Below, piece after piece: positions 11,602 through 25,890 of a DNA stretch of 64,000 nucleotides. The stretch lies in contig NC_135804.1 of the NCBI RefSeq assembly GCF_964213995.1, forward strand, positions 59,892,001-59,956,000, read 5' to 3'. This stretch comes from Mustelus asterias (taxonomy: Eukaryota). How positions within the stretch are numbered: position 1 is the first letter of the stretch; each line of letters begins with the position of its first letter. The notes below the pieces were generated by a model. It saw only the letters and a list, made by a program, of their open reading frames with translations, ran no database searches and was not told where the DNA came from. Both the position numbers and the translations under genes were made by a program.

Positions 11602-14134
11602 GAATCAAACAGTATCGCCAAAAGAAACTGAAAGCATAAACGCAAGTTTAGGAAGCTGATGGTTTTGTAATATTGGAAATAGTGACATATTTTTCTGAAT
11701 TAAGCTTGCCTCGGCCCTGGTTGTATTTATGGTATGGATATTTTAATAATTATCATTGAATCACAATGAGAGGATATCTTTGGAGACAGTTCCTTTAAGT
11801 TTGATATTGATCCAGTTGAATGCGCATCCGTGAATCTGGAAATATAAATGCCGTGCTGAATGTACTTGTGGATCTTTGGATATTGACGCTGACGGGATGA
11901 AATGGGAACTGTGTGTGGATATAAAATAGAAAAGAGTAACTAAAATAAAGTGCATTGTTTCGAAAACACTTTTCAATTTTGTTTTTAATGATCAGGTAAA
12001 GATCGGCTGATAATTTCCGCCTCTGTTCATAATTGCACAAGAGCAGTACCCTTTGGGAATGAAGAACACGTGTTCAGATACAAGTGGGAGAAGAAATACA
12101 CGAAATAAGAAAGAAGATGAAGAAGCCACAATCAAGACGGATGAGGGGCGAGTGCAGCATTCGCTTACAGTCATTTTAATTTGCATTTCACTACACTATC
12201 TTTCTGTAAGATTAGAACATGAAAATACAATTGTAGTTGGCCCTGTGCAAAAAATCAGTTTAGTGCATTCCATGTAATGCAGCAACAGCAATGGCCTTGT
12301 TTGAATGCTCATGTTGTATTTTTCGGTGGGATGGGGGGGGGGGGGGTGGGGGGAGGAGAAGGGCGGCGCTGGCACATACCTTGATGTATGAATCTCGTTA
12401 ATGGAAATTATTGTTTTCAATAAATTTAATTTTTAATACAAATACGCATCACAATACTTCCAGTAAGTAAAACTTTCATATGTCTTTTTATCGAAGCCAT
12501 TGGAAATGTTTGCGAGAAACCGTCCTGTTCAGGCAATTTAAATCTGAGATATATTGCGGGACCATCAACAACAGTCCATGTTGGTTGTATTTCTGTCTCT
12601 GTCAACATTCAGTAGGTGAAAACTGTAGCTGTTCAAGAAGGCAGCACAACACCACCTTGTCAGGGGTAATTAAGGATGGGCAATAAATGCTGGCCTGGAC
12701 AGCGACGCCAAGCCCATGGAGGAATTTTTAAAAAGGAAGGATTGCTTTCAAAAGATGAAGCCACTTTCGTCCCAGATCACCATAGACTGCTTTCCTTTTT
12801 GAGGCGGGGGTGGGGGGAGGCGGGGGGGGGGGGGCAGCTAACTGGTGGTGCTTTAACCTGAGGAACGTCGCGTCTCATGCGAAGGGCAAGACTCAGGAGC
12901 CGGACCTTCATAAAAACCTCAGCAGGTATGAGAACTGAACCTGTGCGTTTGGTATCAGGAACTAGCCATCCTGCGACCTGAGCTGACCATCTCCAAGCAT
13001 TAGCCATGTTCTCCTGGGCGTTCAACTGACTGCATATCTTCTCGCTCTTATTTCAACAATGAACAAGACGATCTTGCGGGTAGCTGGTCCCAATCAGACA
13101 GACCTTAAAGTCAAGTAAACAATCGAGACATGTTTCAGCATAAATTTCTGTTGTTACGACCTTCTGCCCTAATTTAGTATTTGGTTGCCAAGTTATGAAC
13201 TTCACTTCAAATTTGGACACTTTTAATGTGGAATGCGATCGGACAGGCCGTGCGCGTGATTTTGGCAACACGTCAATGCAAATCCGTCAATTTAGTTTAC
13301 CATTGTAAGCGCATAGTCGGGCAAACTTTCACATAAAACAATCTATTCAGTTAGACCCACCTGTACAATCAAATATCAAATTTTAAGTTGAGAAGTTTTC
13401 CATATTAATTACAATTGCATATGAAGTATTTCAATTAATTTTAAAAGCATAAAATCGTTGACACATGAGCCTTGAATCAATCAGTGAGAGATCGGTATTA
13501 ATGTCCATCGCACCCAAGAGGAAATGATCTCACCGGATCGCTAACAGATACCACCTAGTTAAGCGCGTTGTTTCCCGTACTGAAACAGCAAACTGGCTTA
13601 GTTTTGACATAAACGTTCTTGTGAAGCTAGATCTAAAAATAACTGTAATTCGCATCAGGAAAAGCAACAAAGGAATTCAATTGTCCTGTTTCCTCAAAGT
13701 GGTTTTCTCTCATGTGGAAGATTTCACAATTTCTGCAGCCCTGCCATGCCAATTGACATGTATAACATGCAAGCGTTTGCATGTGTGTGTTTTGTGTGCC
13801 TGTGCGCAGGTCGGGGTGATATCCAACAGGATGTACTTCGTCCTTGTGGAGGTCACCGGCGAGTGAACAGCTAATAAACCCGCCTGGTCGACCAACGCAT
13901 TTAGGAAAGCAAGTCCGCCATCTTTACACAGTCCGTTCTACATGTGATTTCAACCCCACGACAATGTGGGTGACTCGTAACTGATCTCTGAAATGCTTTG
14001 CAAGCTGCAAATAGTTGCAGAAAAGGCGAGAATTAAAAATAGGCATACCTTGCCCAGTGGAAACTGCCAAGTCTTCCTCATTAACATCTATAGATATACA
14101 CCAGAATTGGCAGGGGTAAAATAGGCTGATGCGT

Positions 14135-16560
14135 TCAAACACGTCTCCTGTTCCACTCGAGCCCCAAACATCCTGAACCACTGCTACACAAATATCAAAC
14201 ATGCCTACTGCTCTATCAATCGCCCATACTTTGGCAATTCAGACCACAAGGCTGTGCTCCAGCTCCCGGCTTACAAGCAAAAGCTGAAGCGGGAGAATCC
14301 ATCAAAGAAAGTCTTGCAATGTTGGTCTGAGGAATCGGATGATCGTCTACGGGGCTGCTTGGAGTCAGTGGACTGGTCATTACTTAGAAACTCTGCGATC
14401 AGCCTGAACGAGTACGCCACTAAAGTAACTGACTTCATTAGGAGGTGTGCAGAAGACTGGGTGCCAAAGAGGCAAATCCGTGTGTTCCCCAACAGGAAAC
14501 CATGGGTGAACTGGGATATCTACTGCTTGCTGAATTCCAGGTCCGAGGTGTTCCAGTCAGACGACACTGACCTATACAAGATGCATGTGTATTCTACATT
14601 GTATTCTAAAAAGATGCATGTGTCTTTATATGCCCTGTTTGTGAACAGAACTCCCACTTACCTGACGAAGGAGCAGCGCTCCGAAAGCTAGTGGCTTTTG
14701 CTACCAAATAAAACTGTTGGACTTTAACTTGGTATTGTGAGACTTCTTACTGTCTGTCCAAGAAAGCCAGATACGATCTAAGGAGATCAATCAAAGATGC
14801 CAAAAGACAGTACCGAACCAAACTAGAGTCCCAGGCTAGCAACACCGACCCCCGCGGACTATGGCAAAGACTGCAAGACATAACGGTCTACAAGATGAAG
14901 GCATGTAAAATCGGCGGCTCCAACGCACCTTGCCTGATGAGCTCAATTCATTCTACGCCGGTTTTGAGCAAGAGCTCAGTGAGAGCATGCCCTCCACCCT
15001 AGAAGCCCTGGATGAACCTGTACCTGTGGTCACCATTGCAGATGTCAGAGCAGCTTTCTCGAAGGTAAACCCATGGAAAGTGACTGGCCTGGATGGGGTG
15101 CCAGGACGAGGACTCAAATCCTGTGCAGATCAGCTGGTGGGAGTATTCGCAGACATCTTCAACCTCTTTTTACAACAATCTGAAGGCCATATCTGCTTAA
15201 AGAAGACAACCATCATCCCACTATCTAAGAAAAACCAAGCAGCGCGCCTTAAAGACTATCGGCCGGTGGCTCTGACATCCATCATTATGAAGTGTTTCCA
15301 AAGGCTCGTCATGGCACGATTCAATTCCAGCCTCCCGGACTACTTGGACCCACTACAGTTTGCCTATTACCGCAACAGATCCACAGCAGACGCAATCTCC
15401 CTGGTCCTGCACTCAACCCTGGAACCCCAGCTAGACAACAAGGACACCTATGTCAGCCTCCTATTCATTGACTACAGTTCAGCCTTCAACACCAATATTC
15501 CCACAAAACGCACCTCCAATTCCCTAGCCTGGGCCTCAGAACCTCCCTCTGCAACTGGATCCTGGACTTCCTAACTCACATACCACAATCAGTAAGGATA
15601 GGCAACAACACCTTCTCCACGATCATCCTCAACACCAGTTCCGCACAAGGCTGTGTTCTCAGCCCCCTACTATACTACTTATACACCTATGGCTGTGTGG
15701 CCATATTCCCCTCCAATTCGATTTTCAAGTTTGCTGACGACACCACCGTAGTGGGTCAGATCTCAAACAATGACGAGACAGAGTAGATGAATGAGATAGA
15801 GAATCTGCTGACCTGGTGCGGCAAGAATAATATCTCCCTCAATGTCAACAAAACAAAGGAGATTGTCATCGACTTCTGGAAGTGTAAAGGAGAACATGCT
15901 CTTGTCTACATCAACGGGGATGAAGTAGAAAGGGTCGAGAGCTTCAAGCTTTTAGGTGTCCAGATCACCAACAACCTGTCCTGGTCCCCCCATGCCGACA
16001 CTATAGTTAAGCCCACCAACACCTCTACTTTCTCAAAAGACGAAGGAAATTTGGCATGGCAGCTGCGACTCTCACCAACTTTTCCAGATGCACCATAGAA
16101 AACATTCTTTCTGATTGTATCACAGCTTGGTACGACTCCTGCTCTGCCCAATACCGCAGGGAACTACAAAAGTCGTGAATGTAGCCCAATCCATCAAGCA
16201 AACCAGCCTTCCATCCATTGACTCTGTCTCCACTTCCCTCTGCCTCGGCAAAGCAGCCATCATAATTAAGGACCCCACGCACCCCGGACATTCTCTCTTC
16301 TACCTTCTTCTGTCGGGAAAAAGATACAAACGTCTGAGGTCACCTACCAACCGACTCAAGAACAGCTACTTCCTTGCTGCTGTCAGAATTTTGAATGGAC
16401 TTACCTTGCATTATGTTGATCTTTCTCAATACCCTAGCTCTGACTGTAACACTACATTCTGCACTTTCTCGTTTCCTTTGTCTGCATAGCGCAACAAACA
16501 ATACTTTTCACTGTATGTTAATACATGTGACAATTATAAATCCAATCTAATCAAATCAAA
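14135..16560 (+). mobile_element. Rex1/Babar-type LINE (decayed ORF2) with a nested Penelope end at ~14582-14752
   Basis: [33 protein letters not shown] and KFADDTT motifs; (AAATC)n tail. Confidence 0.9.
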
Positions 16561-16734
16561 TGCTCCGTTTCTTTCACGAAAACTGACCAATACAACAACT
16601 GTAATACCATAACATATCGCGTTAAAGAATAATACGATCCAAACATCATAACTAAAATTAACATCAGGAAAATTACCTCAGACCATTCAATGCGTTCGCC
16701 TTCGCAATGTGGGGATTCCAATAGCAGAAGATTC

Positions 16735-17790
16735 AATTACTTTGGCGGCACTGGCATGTCACCTCATCATGAAAATATATGTGAGAGTGTGTTCATATGT
16801 TTACATCCGTAAGTGTGTGCCCAGGTTATACAGCTGCATGACTGTTATCCTGAACTGAGACATAAAGGTGACGTCATTGTCGAAAAAAGAAAGCGAACAA
16901 TTTAATATTTCCCCAGCCAGGGAAACATTATGCAATAATAATTTCGCAGCCCAATAATCCGACATGGGACATGTCATTGACTCGTTGAGCTCAATCCGGT
17001 TGGAGAAATGTGTCAGATCTTGGCTCCATCTTTGGTCCTGGGAATTACTTTTCTAATTTGGCAATAAATCCGCAAAATAAAATAAATAAATTCAGAAGTA
17101 GCTTCTTCCAAAAATCACAGGTCATAACAAAAATATTTCGACAAGCGTAATCTTTCACTTTTATGGTTAGGTTAATGTTTCCGATATTTTAATCTGAATG
17201 TTGTAATATTAGCAAAATAACTCACGATAAAATATTCCCATTTATCTCATTCATCTTGTTGCAGAGACAGAGCAACACTTTCGGAATGTGATTAAAATAT
17301 CGCGAGGACAGCTGTGCTTAAGGTGCTTTCTATTTAAATTTCTAGTCAGGAAGCCTCGGCTGCTTTCGTGCAAGTTTTAATCTTAGATCATCCAATATAA
17401 TTCACTGCCAAAAATAAAATAAACTATGTGGTGGTTATGAATAACTGTTGCCGGAAGTCAAGTGAAAGCACTCGCAACAGAATTTGGTGAATTGGCTGTT
17501 GTCTGTTCTGGTCCCAGGAGGCACTTTTGTAAGAGAAAACGTACTCGTGGTCTCAGTAATGAGAAGTGTAGTTGGCAGAACCGAAACCGCTTTTCTGAAC
17601 GAAGAATTGCAACATTTGATATTGTCTAATTTTTATGTTATTGGACGTAAACCAACAAGTGTGAGGTGAAATCTCAATTTACCAATTTGAAATCTGTTTG
17701 GAAAATAAAAAAGCCATGAAACAAAATAATTATTTGCTTTAAAAAATGTTTCACTGTGACTCATTTTATGGATGTGACTAAAGCTTAAAA
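16735..17790 (+). repeat. Old diverged paralogue of the non-coding block upstream of the IgSF gene
   Basis: Colinear matches to 1145-1655, 2310-2760 and ~4740-4775, e.g. tattttaatctgaatgttgtaatattag vs tattttgatttgaatgttgcaatattag and gtcaggaagcctcggctgcttt vs gtcaggaagattcggctgcttt. Confidence 0.8.
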
Positions 17791-17854
17791 TAGCAGTTAT
17801 CAGAAAAGCTGAGCAAGACACTGTTGGGCTGCTGGAAGATCACATTGTTCTCTT

Positions 17855-18548
17855 AGCCGAATAGTTTCCTTCGGTATGCAGGTGCTGTACGTAATACAAA
17901 AGGCAAATGCAATGTTGGCATTTATCGGGAATATAAAAGTAGAGAAGTGTTGTTGCAATTTTATAGGACGTTGGTGAGACCACATCTGGAGTGTTGTGCA
18001 CTGTTTTGGTCTCCTTATTCGAGGAAGGATGTGTTGACATTGGAGGCAGTTGAGAGGAGTTTCACCAAATATATTCCCAGGATGACGTGGTTGACGTTTG
18101 AGGGGTGATTGAACAGTTTGGGCTTGTACTCACTGGAGTTTAGAAGGATAACAAAGGATCTGATCGATGTGTATAAAATTTTAAAAGAGATTGGAAAAGT
18201 AAATGCAGAGCAAATGTTTCCTCTTAAGGGGCAATCTGGAGCAAGAGATCACGGGTATAGGTTGCAAGGCAGTAGATTTAAAACTGAGATGAGGAGAAAC
18301 TACTTCTCGCAGAGAGTGGTGATTTTGTGGAATTCGCTATCCCATAGCGCAGTGGAGTCTGAATCGCTGAATGATTTTAAGAAAGGGATAGATATATCTC
18401 CAACAAAAAAAAAGAACAGAGGGATATAGGGAACAGGTGGGAAGGTGGATTTGAGACCAGGGAGAGATCAGACATGATCTGATTGAATGGCGGAGCAGGC
18501 TCAAAGAGCTAGATTTGTCGACTTCTGCTCCTCATTACTATGTTCCCA
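17855..18548 (+). mobile_element. CR1-type LINE 3' fragment
   Basis: LVRPHLE, LGLYSLE and FSQRVV..WNSL remnants. Confidence 0.85.
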
Positions 18549-19359
18549 TTAACGGACTAACAATGGATTTAGGAAAAACTGGACTCAGTCCCAAACTAGT
18601 ATGGTTGACTCTGACCTGTCCTCTGAAAAGGTCGATCAACGCATTCGGTTGCAACGAAACTTGAAAGAGAAATCCCGGCGTACCATTTGGTCATGGCAAA
18701 GGGCAGAGCTCAAAACCAGTCGCAAAATGAAGATGAAATCATGCATTCGGAGCACCGCTAACGGTGTGCGTTTCAATTAGTTTGCTTGCTTTCAAAGATG
18801 AATAAGCCGATTTAAAACAATGTTGCTGATTTTTCGCCCGCTCCTCTTCTGCTCTTGAAAGTGAATCAGTTGTGCATTTTACAATGAACCCAATGTGACC
18901 GAACTGATCATTCTCCACGCGTGATTCTCAATGGTGATAGAACGCGGCACTGGAACCAGAACGGACCCATAGAGAACGGTCAAACATGTTTATGACTTGA
19001 ACCACGGAGGCCGAGTGCAAAGACAGGTGAGGAAATGAATTTCAGTCCTGCGCCCTGGAAGCCCTTACCGTTCCCGAACAGAGCATCCAAATGGTCCTGA
19101 AATTGTTCAATTGATTTTTCTTTTGCTGCACTCTTCTAACTGCTACGAATTTAAATCGTAAAAAAAAAGGAGGTAAATACCCTTAGCAGGGATGGTGGTT
19201 AGAATTTAACATCTGGACGTTCTCTGCCAGAAAAGATTGTTGAATCGCAGTGCGCTTTATATGGAGTGATATGTAGAGCCGCACGATTTACTTCTGTGGT
19301 GCAATATTTTGGATGTCTACAATGTTTGTTAATACCACATTCTTAGTATTCTATAATTC

Positions 19360-21085
19360 ATTATTCAAGAAGGGAAGTAGGGGGAAAAAACAAGTACCTA
19401 CAGGCCTGTGAGTCGAAACTCAGTGGTGGGGAAAATTTTAGAAAAATTTCTGAGGGGCAGAATTAATCTGCATTTCGTGAGACAAGGATTAATCAAGAGT
19501 AGTCAGCGTGGTTTTGTCAGGGGGTGATCTTGTCAAACAAATTTGATTGAATTTTTCGAGGAGGTGATTGCGTGTGCAGATTAGTGTAGTGCAGTTCATG
19601 TACTCTGCATGGACTTCCATAAGGATTCTGACAAGTTCAAATGGGAGACTGATCAAGAAGATTAGAATCCATAGGATCCAAGGCAATTTGGCTAATTGAA
19701 TGTAAAATTGACTTAGTGGCAGGAGGCAGAGTGTTGTGGTCGAAATTTGTTTTATGACTGGGCGCCAGTGCCCAGCAGTGTGCCCAAGGATCTGTGCTGG
19801 GTCACCTGCTGTTTTCATTGTACATTAATGATCCAAACGTGAATGTGGAAGCTGTGTTCAGGAAGTTTGCAAATGGCACGAAAAGTTGTGGTGTGGTATA
19901 CAGGAGGAAAGCTTCGAATACGGAGTGATAGAGTTGGTATGGTCAGATGACCCCTTAATTGAGGGGCCAAGAACATGGTGCATATATTGAAGATAAGGAG
20001 CAGGAGATTTAGAGGTGATTTGAGGAAAACCTTTTTCACACAGAATGTGGTGGGAATCTGGAACTCACTGCCTGAAGGTATGGTCGAGGTGGGAGCTCCT
20101 ACAGCATTGAAGAAACTTTTAGCTGAGCACTTCAAACGTCACATACCTCCAACATTCACGTCTGGATCAATATGTACACTGCAAACAGCAAATGACCCAA
20201 CACCAATCCTTGGGCCAAGTGCTGAAAAATGGGATGAGAATATAGGTATATTAGGATGTCAGATCAGAAATCCCAAGGGATGGTATGAAACCAGACTGGA
20301 CCCCAACATTTTTTTTATTTTTGGCATAAATGTGAGGAAAAGTTACTTTGCCTTCGGAGTAATTCCATGAACAAATCAGGGATCTTTTGTTTATCAAAAC
20401 ATCTTTATTCACATCACGGTTTAAGCAAAAGTCTAACAAAATGATACAAATGAACTCCTAATTGTTGAACATTCTTTAAACGTGTAAAGAAACAACTTTT
20501 AACTTCTCACTCATCACCAGTCAGTTCCAATTAAACAGTATTTCTCTCATAGATTTGAACCTCTCTTTAAATATGGTTAGCATAACCTGCTCTGACTTGG
20601 AAAACAGACTGGGAGCTTTCAGGGAAATCTTTCCGAGACAGGGAGAGATAGAGAGAGAGAGAGCTGCTTGTAGGCTGCTGTCTTTAATCAGCCTTCTCCA
20701 GCAACTGCTGCTTTTTAAATAAAATCTCTTTTTCTGCAGCAAGCCTAACTCCTCCCATTTCTCACATCACATGATTCTATCCCTATATACCTAACTTACC
20801 TCATTACTTTAATCAAAACACACCCTATCAAGCCTTCTGCTAAATAAACATTTACATGATTACAATGAGTAATTATCCTGCCTTTCAGCATCGGCAACAT
20901 GCCACCCATACAAAGGGATTCTTTGTCGGAAACCACTGATTCTTAAAGAACCCCCACCTCTCCCCCCCCCCCCACCAAACATAAAAAAATTGATAATCCA
21001 GTATCATCGCGGTGCTTGATGGCTGGCACAGATATGGTTGCTTGAAGGGCCTCTTTCTGTGCTGTAAAATTCCATGATTCCGATA
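19360..21085 (+). mobile_element. Decayed CR1 fragments interrupted by a solo-LTR-like insertion (~20249-21010)
   Basis: The CR1 3' UTR is split at aatataggta / ggtgcttgatggc. The insert resembles the LTR at 39380-42396 at both ends. Confidence 0.65.
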
Positions 21086-21593
21086 GTCATCAAACTGGAA
21101 CAGGTCGGCCGACGGAAATGCAACGAGTTCGCGTTGCCTTACATCATCATTAAATTCCGTGATAAAGGCTTAGTCACTGAAACTTACGTGTTGCCATTAA
21201 CTCGTAACGAAATGTCATAATGATGTAACTCGTGATCTGCTTCCAAAATAATTCAATTTTAATGGCGCGACAGACATGCTAAAATACACAAATAGCTGTA
21301 ATTCTTATCCTTTTAAGGCTTGCTAATCTTCCAGTTGCCTGTCAAACCAAAGGACGTACATTTGCTATTCACTACTTCCAATTTTTAAAGACTTCCATCT
21401 GGGTTATTGTGCCTTTTTCGCAACAACATGCATTAACTTCGAAAGGGAATTTCTCAGAACATGGGTACTGTTTCCAAGGATCTGTTAGTTCTCTCCACAA
21501 ATACAATTCTTTTGAAGGACGTTGTGGGAGGCTCGGGAGGTCCCCGAGCAGAGATATTTAAATCATTGACAGGTGCAGGCGATGTGCCTAAAT

Positions 21594-21914
21594 CATAGAA
21601 ACATAGACATCCTACAGTCCAGAAGGAGGCCATTCGGCCCATAGAGTCTGTACCGACCACAATCCCAACCAGGCCCTATTCCCATAACCTTCATTTGCTA
21701 ATCACCCTGACGCTCGGGTCAATTTTGCGTGACCAATCAACCCAACCCACACATCTTTGGACAGTGGGAGGAAACCGGAGCACCCGGAGGAAACCCACGC
21801 AGACACTGGGAGAAAGTGAAAACTCCTCACAGACAGTAGTCCAAGGCAGGAATTGAACCTGTGTCCCTGGCGTTGTGTGGCAGCAGTGCTAACCACTGCG
21901 CAACCGCGCCGCCC
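21594..21914 (-). mobile_element. HE1-type tRNA-derived SINE
   Basis: Reverse complement of the gggcggcgcggt...cagtggttagcactgctgcc head; LINE-derived tail. Confidence 0.85.
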
Positions 21915-21917
21915 TTA

Positions 21918-23460
21918 AGATTGAAGAGTGGCAAATGTTGTGCCTTTGTTTGAGAAGGGCTGCACGGAAAAGCCCGGGAACGACAGACAGTGAACTTAAC
22001 TTCTGTAGTGAGTAAGTTTTTAGAAGGTATTCTGAGAGACAGGATCTACAGGCATTTAGAGAGGCAAGGATTGATTCGGGACAGTCAGCATGGCTTTGCG
22101 AGTGGAAAATCATGTCTCACGAATTTCGTTGAGTTTTTTTGAAGGGGCAACCAAGAATGTAGATGAGGGCAGCGCAGTCCACGTTTTCTACATGAACTTT
22201 AGCAAGCCTTTGACTAGGTACCACATGGTAGGGTGTTGCACGAGGTTAAATCTCACGGGATCCAGAATGAGATAATCAATTGGAAACAAGATTAGCTTGA
22301 CGACAGAAGACAGAAGGTGGTTGCAGAGAGTTTTGTTTTCCAAATTGGAGGCCTGCAATCAGCGGTGTGCCTGTGCTGAGTCCACTCTAATTTATCATTT
22401 TTATTCATGATTTGGTTGAGAATTTATGGGGCCTGGTTAGTAAGTTTGCAGATGACACCAAGATTGGTGGCATAGTGGACAGTGCAGAAGGTGAGCAGGG
22501 TGGTGAAGAAGGCATTCGGCATGCTTGGTTTCATTGGTCAGAACATTGAATATAGGAGTTAGGACGTCCTGCTGAAGTTGCACAAGACATTGGTAAGGCC
22601 ACACTTGCAATACTCTGTACAGTTCTGGTCACCCTATTATCGAAAGGATATTATTAAACGAGAAAGAATGCAGAAAAGATTTATTAGGATGCTACCGGGA
22701 CTTAATGGTTTGAGTTTTAAGGAGAGGCTGGATAGACTGGGACTTTTTTCCCTGGAACGTAGGAGGCGTAGGGGTGATATTATAAAGGTATATGAAACAA
22801 TAATGGGCATAGATAAGATAGATAGTCAACATATTTTCTCGAATGTATGGTAGTCCAAAACTAGAGGGCATAGCTTTAAGGTGAGAGGCGAAAGATACAA
22901 AAGGGTTCCAAAGGGGCACTTTTTTCACACAGAGGGTGACGAGTGTCTGGAACGAGCTGCCACATTCAGTAGAGGCGGGTCCAATTTTGACTTTTCAAAA
23001 GCATTTAGGCAGTTTCATATCTAATATGGACATAGAGGAATATGGGCCAAATGCAGGCAATTGGGAGTAGCTGAGTTGTAACAACTGGATGGCACGAACA
23101 AACTGGGCTGAAGTGCCCCTGTCCATGCTGTAAACCTTTATGACTCTATGACCCTATGACATGATCTCAAAGTACGGGTCTCCCATTTGTAACAGGGATG
23201 AGGAGGAATTACTTCTCTCAGAGGGTAATGAATCTGTGGAATTGTTTATCACAGAGGGCTTTAGGGGTTGGACTGTTTAGTATGTTCTAGGCTGAGATAG
23301 ACAGATTTTTAATCAGTAAGGAATTCTAAGATTACAGGGATAAAACAGGAAGCTGGATTTGCAGATTATCATTTCAGATCAGTCATGAACTCATTCAAGG
23401 GTGGAGCAGACTGGATGGGGGGCCAAATGGCCTTCTTCTGTTCCTATGTCTTTTGGCCTT
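21918..23460 (+). mobile_element. CR1-type LINE fragments (internally deleted)
   Basis: RT and C-terminal motifs with stops; (CTATGAC)n-like tail near 23150; a second 3' end at 23180-23460. Confidence 0.85.
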
Positions 23461-23464
23461 TTCA

Positions 23465-23965
23465 TTTGATTTAACTTATTATTGTCACGTGTATTGGCAT
23501 GCAGTGAAAAGTATTGTTTCTTGAGCTACACGGTCAAAAATATATCGTTCATAGAGTACATAGGGAAGACGGAATGGGGAGGGTGCAGAATATAGTGTTG
23601 CAGTTACAGATAGGGTGAGGCGAAAGATCAACTTAAGATCAGTTTGACGGCAGCAGGGAAGAAATTGTTCTTGATTCGGTTGATAGGTCATCTCAGGCTT
23701 TTGTATCTATCTCCCGACTGAAGATGGTGAAAGAAGATATGACCTTTGAGCCCGGGGTCTTGAGAAAATGTGGCTGCTTTTCCTGGGCAACGGGAAGTGT
23801 AGACGGAGTCAGTGGAGGTTTGTTTGTGTGATGGACTGGGCTACGTTCACAACCCTTTGCAATTCCGTGCGGCTTTGATCAGAGCAGGGGCCATATCAAG
23901 CTGTGATACATCGGACAGGATGATTTCTATGATGCATTTGTGAAAATGAGTGAGAGTCGTAACAG
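23465..23965 (-). mobile_element. Rex1/Babar LINE 3' fragment
   Basis: Similar to 1656-2304. Confidence 0.75.
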
Positions 23966-23969
23966 ACAA

Positions 23970-25890
23970 ACTTCCAAGTTTTGACCCAGCAACAGTGAGG
24001 AAACGGTGATATATTTCCAAGTCAAGATGGTATGAAACTGAGGGGGAACCTGTGGGTTACTATAGTGTTACGAAGCATCTGCAGCCATTGTTCTTCTTGG
24101 TTCCAGAGGTCACAGGGTTGGAAGGTCCTGTTGAGGGAGCATTGGTGAGTTGTTGCAGCGCATTTTATACATGGATGCCACTGTACGTACGTGTTGGAGG
24201 GAGTGAATGTTGAAGGTGGCGGATGGGCCTCCAGTCAAATAGGCTACTTTTCCCTGGATGATGTTGAGCTCCTGAAATGTTGTTGCAGCTCCACTTATGC
24301 ATGCAAGTGGAAAGCACTCGATCACACTCCCGGCTTGACTTGTAGATAATGGATAGGCATTGGGGAGTCATGAGTTGAGTTATTCGTCACCCAGCCTCTT
24401 CCTTGCTCTGGTCATCACAGTATTTATTTGGTTGGTCTAATTCTGTGTCCAGTCAACGGTAACACCCCTGCTGAGAGTGGGGAATTCAATGAGGACAATT
24501 TAATTGGAGATTGTTGGATTCTCTCTTGTTGCATTTGGTCATTGCTAGCATGTGTGGTGTGAATATAACTTGCTACTTATCAGTTCAAGCCTGAATGCTT
24601 TTCAGGACTTGCTGCATTAGGACATGGACTGCATCAGTATCTGAGATTTCACAAATGGTGCTGAACCTTGTGTAATCATCAGCGAACATTTGAACTTCCA
24701 ACAATATGATGCAAGGAAGGTCATTGATGAAGCAGCTGAAGATAGTTAGGCCTCGGACACTACCCTCAGGAACTGGTGTAGCGACTTTGGGACTGAGGTG
24801 ATTGGCCTCCAACAACCACAGCAACCTTTCTTTGTACTGATCATTACTCTCACCAGTGGAGAACTTTTCCCTTGATTTCTATTGACCCCAATTTTGCTCA
24901 GGCTCCTTGGTGCCAAGTTTGGTCAAATGCTGCCTTGATGCCAACTGCAATCATACTCACCTCACCTCTGGAGTTCAGCTCTTTCGTCCATGTTTGGAAC
25001 AAGATTCTAATGAGGTCAGAAACTGAATGGCCCTGGCGGAACCCAAAGTTTCAATGAGCAGGCTATTTCTGAGTAAATGCCACTTAATAGCACGGTTGAC
25101 ATCATTGTGCTCGTAACTGATAGTAGAGTGGTGGGGCAGAAATTGGCCGAGTTGGATATGTCCTGCTTTTTGTGTACGGGACATATCTGGGTAACTTCGC
25201 ACATTGTTTGGTTGATGCCAGTGTTGTAGCCATACTGGAACAACTTGGCTAGGGGCATATTAAGTTCTGGAGCACGACATCAGACCTATTGTCAGAATAT
25301 TGTAAAGGCTCATAGCCTTTGCCGCATCCATTGCTTTTAACTATTTCTTGAATTCACTTGGAGTGAATTGAATTGGCTGAAGATTGGAATCTCTGATGCT
25401 GGGGACTTCAGGAGGAGGCTAAGATGGATTCAACACTTCTGGCTGAAGATGATTGCAAATGTTTCTGCCCTGCCTTTTGCGCTGATGTGCTGGACCCCTC
25501 CATCATTGAAGATTTCTTATCCGTTTTCTCCAAGTAGTAGTTTATTAGTCCACTGTCTTTCATGGCTGGATGTAGAACTGCAGAGCTCAGATCTGATCCA
25601 TTGATTGTGGGAGTGCTTAGCTCTGTCTATTGCATGTTGTTTGGCATGCAAGTAGGCATCTGTTGTAGCTTCACCAGGTTGGCACCTGAATTTAGGTATA
25701 TCTGGTGTTGCTACTGGCATGCCCTCCTGCATTCTACATTAAACCAGGATTGATCCCCTGGTTTCATGGTAATGATAGAATGGGGGGTCCGCTGGACCAT
25801 GAAGTTACAAATTGCGTTTGTATACAATTCTGTTATTGCTAATAGCCCACAGTGGGGGCTATATGGATGGCCAATCTTAAGTTGGTAGAT
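23970..25890 (-). mobile_element. Old CR1-clade LINE (RT remnant)
   Basis: Minus-strand VPEGSV..IFSCFINDLP...MFADD and PLAKLFQY peptides. Confidence 0.8.

Noticed and set aside
18880-18972. RGTGTRT J-like motif downstream of the old paralogous block
   Set aside because: No upstream YYC or Trp framework, stops nearby and no splice donor.
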